Assembly: GCA_951406725.2 (NCBI GenBank) | Contig: OX597835.1 | Coordinates: 2,852,001-2,916,000 of the forward strand | Direction: 5' to 3' | Source of the DNA: Octopus vulgaris | Lineage: Eukaryota | Length of the DNA stretch: 64,000 nt | Shown here: positions 40,290 through 54,797 of the stretch, in pieces | Position numbering within the stretch: the stretch's first letter is position 1 | How the letters are laid out: every line of letters starts with the position of its first letter | The notes under the pieces: model-generated | Databases searched by the model: none | The model's input: the letters and a program-made list of their open reading frames with translations, nothing else | Told to the model about the DNA's origin: nothing | Position numbers and translations under genes: made by a program

Positions 40290-41730
40290 TCCTTTATGTT
40301 CTGGCCCTAGAGAGGCAGATCGATGTCGCTCAACAATGTCGTGGGACGTTGGACGGACGGCCCAGTGAAGTTGATAGGAGTCTGGTTTCGACCAGACCTC
40401 CAGATAGAGAGAAACTGGAGCGTGGTTACGAGCAGGGTGGCCTATCTCACCGATTATGGTCTGGGATGGAGCTATCCCTGAAAGGAAAGGCGGAGGTGGC
40501 AAATGAGTTCATCGCATCGGTCATCATTTACTGCTTAACCGTCGTGCCTATATAGATTCGTGGCCGCTCAGGCTGGAACGCCTGCTCTTTTGCTTTTGAG
40601 GAGAGGCAGGAAAGTACTGGTCAGACGCTCTATCTGCTGTGAACTGCCACTAAACTTGGTGTGTGTGTGTGGGGGGGGGGACGCCTTGGCTAAAAATGCG
40701 CAGGTGTGCACTGAGGCTGAGACATCTCTAACTCTACGTAGACGGTGAGTAGAAGTGGTCGCCGTTCGTTGAGCTTGTTTTCCCACAGCTCGCCTCCTTT
40801 AGTGAGCTGGACCCGGGGATCAGACGTAGACCTAGGTTGGGTGCTTGGCAAGCGAATTGCCATCAGGCTCCCTCGCTTCTCTCCCAGACGAGAAATGCGA
40901 GCGGCGGGGGTTCCACCTCGTCCTTCTATAGAGTATTGGTAGCGGGCATATGTTAAGACGTCCTAAGGAAAACTCTGGGTGTTGATGACTATCAATTTGC
41001 TGGTCTGTTCCGGAGGACTTTCTGACTCGGACCTATGAATAACTATCACAAATCCCCGGCCTGGCAGTGCTACCGAAGAGCATTTCCTGCTCGAGACAAA
41101 CCTTTTAGACACAGTAGTTCTACTACGGCAACGTGGCCGAGATGCGAGCGATCGGACAGTGCCCGCGGATGTCAGAGCTATGAGTTTATGTCGAACACCT
41201 GCTGCCACGCATAGAAGGGGTACAACTGTCAACCGAGTCCATTATCAAGATCGTCCACCGCCTTCTCTCAACAAGGAAACGCAGGCAACCTTTCTCTGCT
41301 TAGTGGCTATCGCAAAAGTGGTCGTATGGCTGACACTTGTGAAAAGAATCGCTACAGGTAGCTTTCTCTCCATCCTTGGTTTGATAAACCATTTTAAACT
41401 GCAACTAAAAAGGAAAATAGGGATGGAAAGATAGTACCTCCCACTGCGAAATTTTGCAGTAAGATGGATGATAGTGGTGCGTTTGATGAGCATGAATGAC
41501 CCAAGTTGGGCGCGAACATCTACAGAAAAAGAGGAAAGTGATCAGTGATGGTATGTGGCTTGTGGGATCCCTACATCCCCCACTTATTTCTTGTTAATCA
41601 TACGCTATGCACACTTTTTCATCAATTCTAATCCATACATCACACACGTATTTTATCATACGTCATCGGTTTGTCTGTCCTGTACTGTCCATTCTATGTA
41701 TAACCTCTCTAGCGTTAATGAAAATAAATG
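40290..41730 (+). mobile_element. L1/Tx1-clade LINE 3' portion (degenerate ORF2 post-RT region plus 3' UTR)
   Basis: WTDGPVKLIGVWFRPDLQIERNWSVVTSRV..WSGMELSLKGKAEVANEFIASVIIYCLTVVP; FLCLVAIAKVVVWLT; ends TTTGTCTGTCCTGTACTGTCCATTCTATGTATAACC..AATGAAAATAAA. Confidence 0.85.
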
Positions 41731-42130
41731 CCTTATTAATTAACATATTCACCGGTCGCTTTCCACTCATTTACTTATTATTTCTAGTCGAAATATTGAA
41801 GAGGTCGCTTCATATACACAACGATATACACACCTACGGATGTAAATAGTCACAGTCGGTCACACAAACTAGCAAAACCATGACCATTTCGTGAATTTTC
41901 TACGCATATATATCTATATCTATGTATATTAGAATTTTTTTTTATTCCCTGTTACGGTGTTTTACTATTTTCTTATCAGCATTCTATGTTTCTGTATCAA
42001 TATCAATGTTTCGAAAAGACTTGATTAAACGTGAAAACATTGCGCAGAATATTTCCTGGTTTCATAGAATGAGTTTCACACCAATGGCTGTTAAGTCTAA
42101 GTTTTGAAACCGGCAAACGAAAAAATGTTC

Positions 42131-42199
<69 letters not shown>

Positions 42200-42466
42200 A
42201 TATATAAATGAGGATTTTATGATTCTTCCACAAATGAAAAATGGTAAAAATGTAAGCCAGTCGAAAATTGTCATAGAGAAGATAAGACCATAAATAGTAT
42301 AGACATTTTGCTAGTGACGTGCTGAATGTAATCTTATTATATTTAATGAAGTGTGAAGTATTGATAGGGTTCTAGCAAACAGATTTGATTAAAAGTGTTG
42401 TTGTAGGCGTGTGAGCGGACCTCTCTGTACATACTTACTTATCTATATATACTTATATTTATATGA

Positions 42467-42506
<40 letters not shown>

Positions 42507-42566
42507 GCAAACATATATACATGTACCTCTATAATTATACAGTTGCAATTATATGTATACAAATAT

Positions 42567-42608
<42 letters not shown>

Positions 42609-42626
42609 GAATATATAAAATATATG

Positions 42627-42695
<69 letters not shown>

Positions 42696-42762
42696 GTATA
42701 TATATATTTATGTGTATATATATATGTATATATATGTATATATATATATATATATGTATGTA

Positions 42763-42820
<58 letters not shown>

Positions 42821-43277
42821 TGGATATATATACATATATATGTATATACACACATATTTGTATACATACATACATACATATTGGACTGATGTTTGAGTCG
42901 TCATAGAGACTGCTAACTATTCTACTTCTCTACGCCTTGAATTCAAATCCACTGAAGACAACTTTGTCCTTCATTCTGTCGATTCCAATAAATAAAACAC
43001 TTTTCCTGTAATATCCTCTGTTTCTTTCTCACTCATTATTCTCGTCTGTCTCGCATTCTTCTGACAGGAACCAGGAGCAGGAGTCAGAACATGAAACGTT
43101 TAAGAGAATAAGCTCAAACATGCCTATGTTATGGCGGCACCCATACGTGACCATCAAGTAATAGAGGGTTGAAAATGTTTATTCTTTATAATTTTGGTAC
43201 AAGCCCAGCTACTTTGAGGGGAGGGGCATGTCGATTACATGGACTACTGTACGTTGGCCTCGGTAGAAAGTGAACAC

Positions 43278-43657
43278 AGAAACTAAACATCTGCAAATAA
43301 TACTTATTTCTTTACTGCCCACAAGGGGCTACACAGAGGGGACAAACAAGGACAGACAAGCGGATTAAGTCGATTATATCGACCCCAGTGCGTAACTGGA
43401 GAAACTAAACATCTGCAAATAATACTTATTTCTTTACTGCCCACAAGGGGCTACACAGAGGGGACAAACAAGGACAGACAAGCGGATTAAGTCGATTATA
43501 TCGACCCCAGTGCGTAACTGGTACTTATTTAATCGACCCCGAAAGGATGAAACGCAAAGTCGACCAAACCGGAATTTGCACTCAGAACGTAAAGACAGAC
43601 GAAATACTGCTAAGCGTTTTGCCCAGCGTGCTAACGTGTCTGCCAGCTCGCCGCCTT
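43278..43657 (-). mobile_element. SINE family A with tandem duplication (about 122 bp) of its 3' end plus flank
   Basis: GAAACTAAACATCTGCAAATAATACTTATTTCTTTACTGCCC...CGTAACTGG occurs twice; degenerate TSD AAACATCnGnAAATAATACT on both sides. Confidence 0.88.
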
Positions 43658-44411
43658 CAAACATCCGGAAATAATACTGTCAGCCATTTTGTCAGACGCG
43701 CTAAGCATTCTGTTAGCTCCCACCCTTTTTTTCTGAACAACATATTGGTAAAAGGCCAGGAGTATTAGGGGAAGGTGTGACTGCTTTTCTTGGCCACAGA
43801 AATTCAATGGGTATTCGTTTCTCGCCCTGAAACTTTTTAAAAGCAGAGGCAAATTTTATCGCGGCTGACATTGTGTACAGATCATAACGAACCGAAGAAA
43901 TGATGTTAAGCCTTTTGCCAGACAAAGTAACCACACTGCAAGCAGGAGGTTCTCTAATCTGTGTGTGTGCGCATGCGTGTGAGTGTGTGTGCTTGTGTAC
44001 GTTTCTATGTGCGTGTATGTATGCGCGTATGTGCGTATGCATGTGTGTTTCCATACATATGTACGTATAGTTATATATCTGCATATGTATACACACACAC
44101 ACACATACATACAAACACATTTATAGAAGCATATACATCAAAAGATAGATATAGACATATATATATATGTAGATATACAGATGATTGTATGCGGAGCGCC
44201 TCTGCTGAACTAATGTGTTCAGGTCAATGCAGAATTAATCCTGCATTAGACGGCTTCTTTAATATTTTACAAGATTGTTGTCACTCAAGGAAGCGATAAC
44301 CCAACTCTGCCGGGGATGGTTATTATTTATTTAATAAGCATTATGAGAGCATGGGTACGTATGCGAATAATATATATATATATATGCACATATAAATATA
44401 CATATATATAC

Positions 44412-44470
<59 letters not shown>

Positions 44471-44562
44471 TACATATATATATATATACGTATATATATA
44501 TTTATATATATACATACAAATATATTTGTATTTATTCATACTCACACAAACACACACACACA

Positions 44563-44666
<104 letters not shown>

Positions 44667-44707
44667 TCTTTCGAATTTCTGTTCTTACAAACTATCTATA
44701 TATGTAC

Positions 44708-44738
<31 letters not shown>

Positions 44739-44912
44739 TGTATGTATGTATGTATGTATGTATGTATGTATGTATGTGAGGAGAGGCAGAGAAGATGAGT
44801 GTTCGCGTGTGTGTCTGAAGGGAAACGCAGTCAGCGAATGCGATATTAATTGTGACACGAGGGTAATAAATTCTTGAAATATACGGACGTGATTGTCCGA
44901 GTCGGTACTGTT

Positions 44913-45029
44913 GTGTGTTAGTGCGTATGTGTGTCCGTGTGTTAGTGCGTATGTGTGTCCGTGTGTTAGTGCGTATGTGTGTCCGTGTGTTAGTGCGTAT
45001 GTGTGTCTGTGTGTTAGTGCGTATGTGTG
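44913..45029. repeat. 24-bp minisatellite, about 5 copies
   Basis: Unit GTGTGTTAGTGCGTATGTGTGTCC. Confidence 0.92.
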
Positions 45030-45789
45030 GCTGTGCGAGTTTGTGTGCGCTATTGCGTGTATTCGAAATAGAATTACCGTTATATCGATCATCTAATATG
45101 AATATCTATTCGAACAGTCACAAAAGGGAGGTTGTTGTCGTTTATTGCAATGATTATTTTATCTTCACATTTCCGAGCGAAGTCCTCAGTTAATTGAACC
45201 GACACCTAAACAAAGTTTCGATACTTATTTCATTAAATCTGCATCAGACCCCGAACCAAAGGCCAACGGTAAATGATGCTACCGACACAATTTGAAATTC
45301 CAATGCAGATGTGTTGCGATGAATGCTCTTTTTGTCTTCTCGTTTTCTTTTATTTTTCTGTTGTTTTTGTTATCAGTTCTCCCTGCGCCGCCGCCTTCCC
45401 AAACATTCGCAATTGTCGTTCGATCTTTTAGCAACCAGAATTTAATCATTGACAATGAAGAGCTAAGGCCACGCATGATCAGAACCAGGCACCATTGTAC
45501 GTTACATATCATGTGGATTACTTCAGTGAATAATCTGGCTGTTTTCCTTCAATTCTTATTCCCTTTTGACATCAAGTCTGTCTGTCTGTCTGTCTGTATG
45601 TATGCATACATGTATATACGTATGTATGTACACTCAATTACATACACACACACACTCATAATCTGATTGGAGCTAGTAACACGACAACTTCAGTTTAATG
45701 TAATACAAAGAGACACAAATTCATTTAAAAACGTGTGTAAATCTATATTTGTCTGTCTATCTCTCTATTTTTCTATTTATCTATGTATC

Positions 45790-45841
<52 letters not shown>

Positions 45842-46044
45842 ACAAATTGGGACAAGAACGCAAAACATCCGGACAACTAAGTGATACAAAAAGGGGACAA
45901 CAAAACATCCAGATAGACGATACAAAGAAAACAAGGATGGATCATTCGAAGTTTTCTATCTTCAGTCAAGAACCAAATTATCCTTGCAATTTCGGCTGAT
46001 TATTTTTGAGATTGCTACAATCTGGCCAGCCCCAAGGGAAAACG

Positions 46045-46128
<84 letters not shown>

Positions 46129-46473
46129 ATGTCTGTCCATGTATCCATCAATAAATCAGTTTATCTATCCATCTATGGGCATAGGTATGTGGCTAAGAAT
46201 CTCGCTTTGCCGCCAGGTGGCAGCTCATGAAAGTGTCTTCAGCTACAGTTCCGGACTGACCAATGTTTTCTGGGCGAATTTGTGTGCATGTTTTTGTGTT
46301 TGTGTTTTCATCACCACTTGACAAACGGTGTTGGTTTGTTGAAGTCCCTGTAACTTATTGGTTCGAAAATCGTGACCGATAGATTAAGTACTTATCGATT
46401 TGTTTGACTAAACCTTTCAAGAATACGCTCCAGATTGGCCATAGTGCAACAAGTTAAAGGATATATATGTATC

Positions 46474-46508
<35 letters not shown>

Positions 46509-46609
46509 GGGGAGTGTGTGTGTGGACAAGAGAGAGAGAAGATATACAGGCAGATAGATAGATAAATAAATAGATAGATAGAGAGATAGATAGATAGGTC
46601 GATAGATAG

Positions 46610-46640
<31 letters not shown>

Positions 46641-46698
46641 GAGAGATAGATAGATAGATAGGTCGATGGATAGATAAATAGAGAGATAGATAGATAGG

Positions 46699-46772
<74 letters not shown>

Positions 46773-47291
46773 TTCCTTTCTGTTGTTTTTCTCTCAAAAG
46801 CAGACATAAGAGCGCTGAGGATCTTCGTGGTTAGCTAGTTGGTGGTTGAGTGAGTTGTCTTCGTCACATCACTGACCATCGAACTAACATTTCGAAATAT
46901 TTATCAATGATCGTTGATATTAGATACGCGGAAACCTTTATGTTTGTCGCCTTTCACATTGTATTGCAGTGAACACGCAGAAGCAGGAAGCGTGAAGTTA
47001 TAAAAGCCAATGTTAATCTGACAAGGAAATGATATGAAAAGAACCGTTTTTGTTTTTTCCTTTCTTCACAAAAATAACAAGAAAATAAAACATACAACGA
47101 AATATAATAAAAGAAGAACCTGAACAAAAATCGTTCGAAGCGAAAACAAAATGGATTCCACACGTGATTGACTATTCCGGATTTTGCAAATCATTTCACC
47201 TGATGCTATTGTTTAAATGTTCTGTGATGTGAACCACATAGGTGGCGTTTAGGTCGTAAAACTGCGAAGAATTAATTCTTGCTTTCTGTCA

Positions 47292-47374
<83 letters not shown>

Positions 47375-47649
47375 CATATGTCTGTCTGTCTGTCTATCTA
47401 TGTGCTATTTCTACCTACCAGTCAATCAATATCCTTTTCTCACTTTCCCTTGGAATATACACACATACACATGTATATAGTCATATGTATGTATGTATAT
47501 ATTTATGTATGTATGTATGTATGCATGTATGTATGTATGTATGCATATATATATATAAACGTATGTATTCTGTAGGCATATACATGCGTACTCACACACA
47601 CATATACACACAGACACACGCACATATATATGCAGACATAGACAGACAG

Positions 47650-47680
<31 letters not shown>

Positions 47681-47842
47681 TACACACACACACACACACA
47701 GACCTAAGATTGTAATACTTGCATACACCCAAAAGAACTGATAGCAGAATAAAGTATTCATTTAGAGCATCAAATTCTATGGTTCCATTGCAGAAACTCT
47801 AAATGGTAAAAGGCGATGCAAAAAGAAAATTACTTCACATTG

Positions 47843-48820
47843 GCAGAAGCGTGGCTTTATGGTAAGAGATTTCATTCCAAACTACATGATCCCGGGTTCA
47901 GACCCACTGCGTGGCCCCTTAGATAGGTGTCTTCTATTATAACTCCGGGGATTTCGTTGACGGAAACAGGAAGAAGCCCATGATATATACACTTATAAAT
48001 ATGCACTTATACGTGTGTGACTATGTTTCACTGCTTCATATCAGGTGTTGTTTTGTTTATATTCATGCAACTTAGCGGTTTAGCAACCTGTAGAATAAAT
48101 ACCAGACTTAAAAGAAAGAGAAATTTTGGGTCGATTCTTTCCATTAAAACCATTTAAGGCGGTTCTTGAGCATGGCTGCAGTTCAATAAGTGGAAAAATT
48201 AGTGAGTATAAAGATGGAAAATATTTGGGGAGAAGGCAACGAAGAAAAATATTGTAGTACTGTGTGAAAAGGCGAAAAGCTAATAGTAGGGCTAAATGCA
48301 GGGCGAAAATCTAATAGTAACGAACATTTGATTGCAGCCCAACATCAAAGTCATCATATTATTAGTCTTAAATTTTAGTACAAAGCCAGCAGTTTCGAGT
48401 GACGGGTAAGTTGAATACTTTGTCCCTAGTGCTTGAACGGATATTTAATTTATCAACCTCGAAAGGAAAGAAAAATAAAAAAAGGCCGAAGTCGATCACG
48501 GTAGGGTTTGAACTTAGAACGTAAAGAGAGACGAAATTCCGCAAAGCATTTTGCCCGGCGTGCTAACTATTCTCCACACCACGCCACCGGAAGTCACCAT
48601 GTCCTGTTCTACTCCAGGCATAAGGCCCGGAATTTTTTTTTATTTTGAGGTGGAGAACCAGTCGATCACATCAACTCCAGTACGCAACTGGTATTTAATT
48701 ATCGACCCTGAAATGTTGAAAGACAAAGTCGACGTCGGCGGGATTTGAACTCAGAACGTAAAAACGGACGAAATGCCGCTAAGCATTTCCCCATCGTGCT
48801 AACGATTATCCCAGCTTGTC
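47843..48820. mobile_element. Old SINE B (+, 47843-48200) and two SINE A copies (-, about 48380-48580 and 48620-48820)
   Basis: Diverged matches to in-window family A and B copies. Confidence 0.75.
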
Positions 48821-49081
48821 AGGTAATATTGCGAAGCTTGTTGACATGGAGCACAATATGAGTGGACTGGGAAGAAACAATTGGCCACATTTTATGCGTT
48901 CTCAATGGTCACTCAGAATGAATATTGTATATGTACCGGGCCGATCCCACTATGTGACACCTTGAGCAAGTGTCTTTATACTATAACCGCTGTCCGATGA
49001 ATTATGTCTGTCTTCTAAGCGGATTTATACATATATATATATATATGGTCGTATGTGTGTGCATATGTGTGCGTATATATG

Positions 49082-49138
<57 letters not shown>

Positions 49139-49279
49139 ACGCATGGCTCAGTGGTTGGAGCGTCGAGCTTACGATCGTGAGGTTGTGAGTTCGAATCCCG
49201 GACTGGCCTGCGTGTTGTGTTCTTGAGCAAGACACTTTATTTCACGTTGCTCCAGTTCACTCAGCTGTAGAAATGAGTT

Positions 49280-49408
49280 GCAAAAATGGGCATTACTTGG
49301 AACTCCACTCATGTTGTGTAAAGTTCTGTCTGAGGTCCTTGTGATTTGACAAAGTACAAATCCCCGGTAGACACAATCCACAGAAATTAAATACTGTGCA
49401 ACGTCTTC
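49280..49408 (+). mobile_element. Dong/R4-like LINE extreme 3' fragment ending in (TAA)n
   Basis: QKWALLGTPLMLCKVLS parallels QKIALLGTAHILRRTLS of the adjacent copy; fused to a SINE C head (49137-49280). Confidence 0.6.
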
Positions 49409-49459
<51 letters not shown>

Positions 49460-49765
49460 CAAAATACAAAGACCTGGAAATAGAGGTAACCAGAATGTGG
49501 AATCTGAAAACAGAAACAATTCCTATCATAGTAGGTGCATTAGGCATGATAAAAAAATATTCAGACAAATACATAACAAAAACACCAGGACTTACAAACA
49601 CATATAACATACAGAAAATTGCACTACTAGGCACTGCACACATCCTACGCAGAACACTTTCCATACAGTAACCATCAGAGCATCACAACAAATCACAGCA
49701 CATACCCAAGGCACACAGAGCTGCGCTCGGTAGTGAAGTGAAAGCACGCTATAAAAATAAAACTA

Positions 49766-49770
<5 letters not shown>
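49460..49770 (+). mobile_element. Dong/R4-clade (restriction-like endonuclease) LINE 3' end inserted in (TAA)n
   Basis: KYKDLEIEVTRMWNLKTETIPIIVGALGMIKK..IQKIALLGTAHILRRTLSIQ* (stop 49669-49671), flanked both sides by (TAA)n. Confidence 0.88.
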
Positions 49771-49830
<60 letters not shown>

Positions 49831-49861
49831 TGATAATAATAATAATAATAATAATAATAAT

Positions 49862-49943
<82 letters not shown>

Positions 49944-50006
49944 GTAATAATAATAATAGTAATGATAGCTGCATCAGCAACATCAGTAGTAGTAGTAATA
50001 GTAGTG

Positions 50007-50049
<43 letters not shown>

Positions 50050-50133
50050 ATTTATTTTCTCATGATTTCACTTAAGACGACTAAGGTCATTTCGAAATAC
50101 ACACACACACACACACATATACACATGTATACA

Positions 50134-50168
<35 letters not shown>

Positions 50169-50669
50169 CGATGTGTGCTTGTGTGTGTATGTGTTTGTGT
50201 GCGTTTGGCTACAGGTTTTGCAATCGCATTTATCCAATCCTCGGATAAAATACAAAGACTTTGTATTTAACGTGGAAGCTGCACGAGGAACGATCGACGT
50301 CGACGGAGAGTTGGAAGACGATGGAATGACGACGTCTCTCTACGCCTACGCCTATGGCTTGGCGTGACGGCTTCTACCGACAGAACAGACAAGATGCAAA
50401 TATCTCACTCACGCTTCCTATTCTCTCTGACAAGGAAATGAATAGAATTCAACTGAATTAGATGCACTGCAACTAAAATCTCAATTTGAAATCTCTTTTG
50501 AAATTATTAGCTTCATTACATATTCTTACGTGATGTTTCCAGTTTAGGATATAAGTCAGATTTGAAAACCGAATAAATCACAGACGTATTTTGTTTTCTA
50601 CCGTAGCACAATCAATGCTACAAAAACACAGGGGAGAGATCAAAGAAGACGACACCTAATAATAATGGT

Positions 50670-50990
50670 CCTTTCTACTAAAGGCACTAGGCCTGACATA
50701 TTAGGGGGGAGGGGCAAGTCGATTACATCGATCCCAGTGTTTCACTGGTGCTTCTTAATTTATTGACCCCGAAAGGAGGAAAGGCAAAGTCGACCTCGGC
50801 GGAATAGATACCGGAATTTGAACCCGTGCAGTGTGTTTACGTCCTCGTAACCTAGCGGTTCGGCAAAATAGACCGACAGAATAATTACTAGGCTTACAAA
50901 GAATAAGTCGTGGAGTCGATTTGCTCGACTAAAGGCGCTGCTCCAGCATGACCGCAGTCAACTGTCTGAAACAAGTAAAAGAGAGTAAGG
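50670..50990. mobile_element. SINE A fragment (-, 50670-50820) abutting SINE B tail (+, 50825-50990)
   Basis: Match to in-window family copies. Confidence 0.8.
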
Positions 50991-50992
50991 CA

Positions 50993-51262
50993 GTAAGTAT
51001 TGTTGTTGCAGAAAATGTGGGCGTTGATGTCAAGAAAAAGAAATATAATGGGAGTAACAAAAGAAAATGTCCATAGTGGAAAAGAAGAATAGAGGCTGGG
51101 TTAGATATGCTCTCGAAGGAGATTTCTATGTTAGACCGAAAATAGAAGGGAGAGCTTAAAGGCGAACAAAAATACTGGGCACTGAACAGGAAGTACGATG
51201 TTGAAAGAAAAGGCCCGAAAGTGGTAATGGAAGAACTAGAACAGCGCCTCGTCGCAAAGATA
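50993..51262 (+). mobile_element. Dong/R4-like LINE internal (pre-RT) fragment
   Basis: P*WKRRIEAGLDMLSKEISML..LNRKYDVERKGPKVVMEELEQRLVAK matches the PWWKRRIE...IEELKQRxxAK pattern. Confidence 0.7.
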
Positions 51263-51329
51263 GTACGACAGGACTCTTGAATGTATATACTGGTTGCAAA
51301 GTGATCGATGCCCAAATTAGAACTACACT

Positions 51330-51870
51330 CGAAAAGAATGTTTGGAGCGATATGAAAGGTGACATCTATCATGAAGTTTTAAACGAAAATGAAACAGTTA
51401 ATGGGGAGAAATATTTACAGTAATTGGAAACATTGCACAAAAATTGACAGCGCTCATGATTGGTTAATCGTAAAAATGATTCTGCCGAAAACCGTTAATT
51501 CAAGAGCACATATTACCGCAGTCACTCGGCAGAAGATTATTGCAGTAAATATTGAGATTTTGAGTCCCCGTTCTTACTTTCCCCACCTTAATACACCTGA
51601 CAACCATCTGTTAAGATCATTGCATCATTATTTTGAGGTAAAAGAGTTTAGGAATTGTGTGAAGAGCTTAAAAATGATAAAGAGTGTTTCTTTGCTTAGA
51701 AACTTGAAGAATTTATCGCCCTGGTGATCATCGATTTGCTAAACTAATGGATTATATTATCAATAATGAAGGGAAATATCATCTTGATTAAATTACATTA
51801 ATTACGACCAAAAAATTACTTGTTTCTTTCCCATCTTGGAATGAAACCGAACTATCTTTCCCACCTTGTA
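51330..51870 (+). mobile_element. Old mariner transposase 3' half with right TIR remnant
   Basis: VWSDMKGDIYHEVLNENETVNGEKY; NSRAHITAVTRQKI..SYFPHLNTPDNHLLRSLHHYF; ends AAACCGAACTATCTTTCCCACCTTG-TA. Confidence 0.78.
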
Positions 51871-52799
51871 TGTATTGCTATGCTGGACAAGACCAATAAT
51901 AAACAATGTGTAGGCGTAGGATATTACAATAATGTTAATGAATGAAAAGACAGATCGTAATAAGTATAGAATTTTTTCTTTACTTCCATATCGATACATG
52001 CAACAGAACAAACACGGTGGTCCTGAATATTGAATCTGTCCATTCAAGAATCTTTTATTCCAATTACTAATCTTTCAGTTTAGAATTTTCACTGAAATTC
52101 TTTGACATTGCGTGTTTGCTATAAAAATTATCAATGTACGATATACGAGAAGGAATACAATTACAACAACGAATAATGCTTTATCTAAATTGCCAATAAG
52201 AGTTTATAATAGAGATTGTGAACGATACACGACTCTAGAACACAAAAGAATGCATTCCATGAAGGTTTGTAAGCAGTAAAAATAAAAACGAATACACGAA
52301 AAATTCAGACAAGAAAAATACACTCAAATGTGTGATGCAGCTTCAAGGCTTTCAGCCACAAAGGAAGGTGCATCAAACCAACAAACCAACCAAACATGTG
52401 TGATTTTGGTGGTCCTAATGAATGTTATATAACAAAATTTCAATAGTTAGCGACTTTAAAACTGTATACAAATAATCCCACGTGCGAAACGACGGACGCG
52501 TAGCTAATAAGAATAATAGTAATAATGAGGATAATGAAATTATTTATGCATTAATGAAAATATTTATGCATCTGCTAAGACAATTGAAGCCAGTTGTAAG
52601 CCTAAAAAAAAACAAAAAAAAAAAAAACCAAACAAAATAAAACAAAGAAATACAGTCCTGGGAAGAATTCCAAACTGGAAAAGTAAAATTGAAAAAGAGA
52701 TTGATAAGAGGTGAAATATCAATATTAAAATAACTAATTTGTGGAAACGATGTCAGCTCCAAAAAAGGAAGAGAGATGAAGAGAAAATATAGATTCTCA

Positions 52800-54300
52800 C
52801 CAAGAGAAGAATTGTTTCCAACAAAAGAAACATTGCAAATGGAGCGCCTGACCAACGGAATCCGTCCATTCTATAAGAGGCGGAAAAACAAACGCTCTAG
52901 CTTGACCTGGTACGAACTGGGGCAAGGCACGACGGTGAGGCGATGTATGTGTTCGCCACCTCTGCCTGAACTTTCAAAGATAACTTCCTCTGGCTACCCT
53001 GCTCGTCACCTCGCTCCAGTTCTTCTCCAGTTTGGAGATCCGGTCCAAACCAGACCCCGAGAAATTTTACGGGCCCGACCGTCCAAAGTCCTACAACACT
53101 GTCGGTCGGCATGGATCCCCCTCTCCAGGTGCCGCGCTGCAGATCCACCGATTTTCTGGATTCAAAGTCCTACATGCAAGGTTTCTTAACTACCCTATCC
53201 ACGATGTAGTGCATGAGGTGGAGGTTGTCCTGGATGGACCTGTTTGGGACAGTACATGTTTGTGCATCTCCAATCAGTTTCTCGTCGGCGCGTGCCAACC
53301 TCTCCACTAACAAATTAGTCAAAATGTTCATGTCTGCATTAAGGAGAGTGATGTGCTTAAAATTATCTAATACCCCGCTTGTTTGGATCCTTTCTCAGCA
53401 ATAGCACTACTTCTCGGCTCACATATTTGGGAATTCTCTCATTCTGTTGCCAGCTGCAGTACATATCTGCCAAGAGGCCTGGCAGACCATCTAATCCCGG
53501 CGATTTGTCCCCGTGCAGCCGATTATCTCGTCCTGTATTTCCTCAATTGTTATCGGCCTTTCGCAACACTCTGCATCTCTAGCTGAGAGTCGTGACAGAC
53601 CATTGAGGTAGGCAGTGAAATCGATCCTGCGATCTGTCCCACCGTTCGTACCGAACAATATGCTGGAACTAGGACAAGTTTGCTGTTGAGTGCTGTTTTG
53701 CTACGTCTTCTGTAGCAAATCTAACTTCAATTGTGCCATTTTTCTTATCCCCCGACAAATATGTCACCTCTTTCCAAATGAGTTGCAAGCATTTTCCGAC
53801 TGCTTGCTTCGTGGCAGTTTCTGAACGTCTGTTTTTTAAAGATATTCTTCTGTACTCTATGGTATGTTTGTATTGTCTATAATCTCTGATGGTGTGTTTA
53901 TCGAAACACATCGTTCGCTGTTTTCTTTTTAACATGTTTCGGTAGTGTTTGAGAGATTCTACAAAAACATTAATGAATTCAGTTCTAAGCTTTGTCATTG
54001 AAACAAAAACCTCGGCTGTTTAATGCGTTGGGTTGTTGTTGTTTTTTGTTCAATGTGTTAGTGTTGGTGGTGGTAGTGGGAGGGCTTGGAGTCACAGGTG
54101 TTGCGACGCTGGCAGCTGAATTCCTTTGCTCTTTTCCTCTTCCTTCTCGCGTTTCTTTTCTTCTTTTTCCTTCTGTTGCTCAGCGTTGCACGTGCTAGCA
54201 AGACTTTCTGCCTTTTAAGGCGCGGAGTGGGTGGAGACATTTAATTTTTTAACATTTTAGCTGTTTTCCGATAGCAGAGGGAGGAGGTCAAAAAGAAAGG
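52800..54300 (-). mobile_element. Internally deleted L1/Tx1-clade LINE (ORF1-like start plus RT fragments)
   Basis: Minus: LDNFKHITLLNADMNILTNLLVERLAR..IGDAQTCTVPNRSIQDNLHLMHY (RT domains 1-2); WTVGPVKFLGVWFGPDLQ..LSLKVQAEVANTYIAS; upstream 53669-54240 ORF1-like (GTIEVRFATEDVAK), less certain. Confidence 0.82.
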
Positions 54301-54715
54301 AAGAGCTGACACTCTTTGCCAAGGACGTTTTGCAAATTTAAAAATTGAAAAATGAAAAAAATATAGAATTTAAATTGAAAATTCGTTCCAAAAGGGTAAA
54401 GATGTCTCAGAGAAATCCATTTAACATTTCGTGATATGATGAGGGATTACATGCAGGCGTAAAAATAGTAATATAACAAAACAAATAATCAAGTAAGATC
54501 AAACTTTCATAGGATTCTCGTATAAAACCCGAGAAAATCAAGATCCCTAAACACTTGGACATTACCGTCTCCTCATAATCCTCCTTCAATCTACAAGTAT
54601 AGGCTTTCAGCAGGCCTGTTTGCTCAAAAAAATAATGTTTGTCCACCTCTAATTATCGGGAATACAGCCAGATACCTGCTGCTATTGTTTCCTAAATATG
54701 CTAAATATGATCTTT

Positions 54716-54797
<82 letters not shown>

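Noticed and set aside
44913-45029. Regular short repeats resembling a CRISPR array
   Set aside because: Contiguous 24-bp tandem units without unique spacers; eukaryotic context and no cas genes
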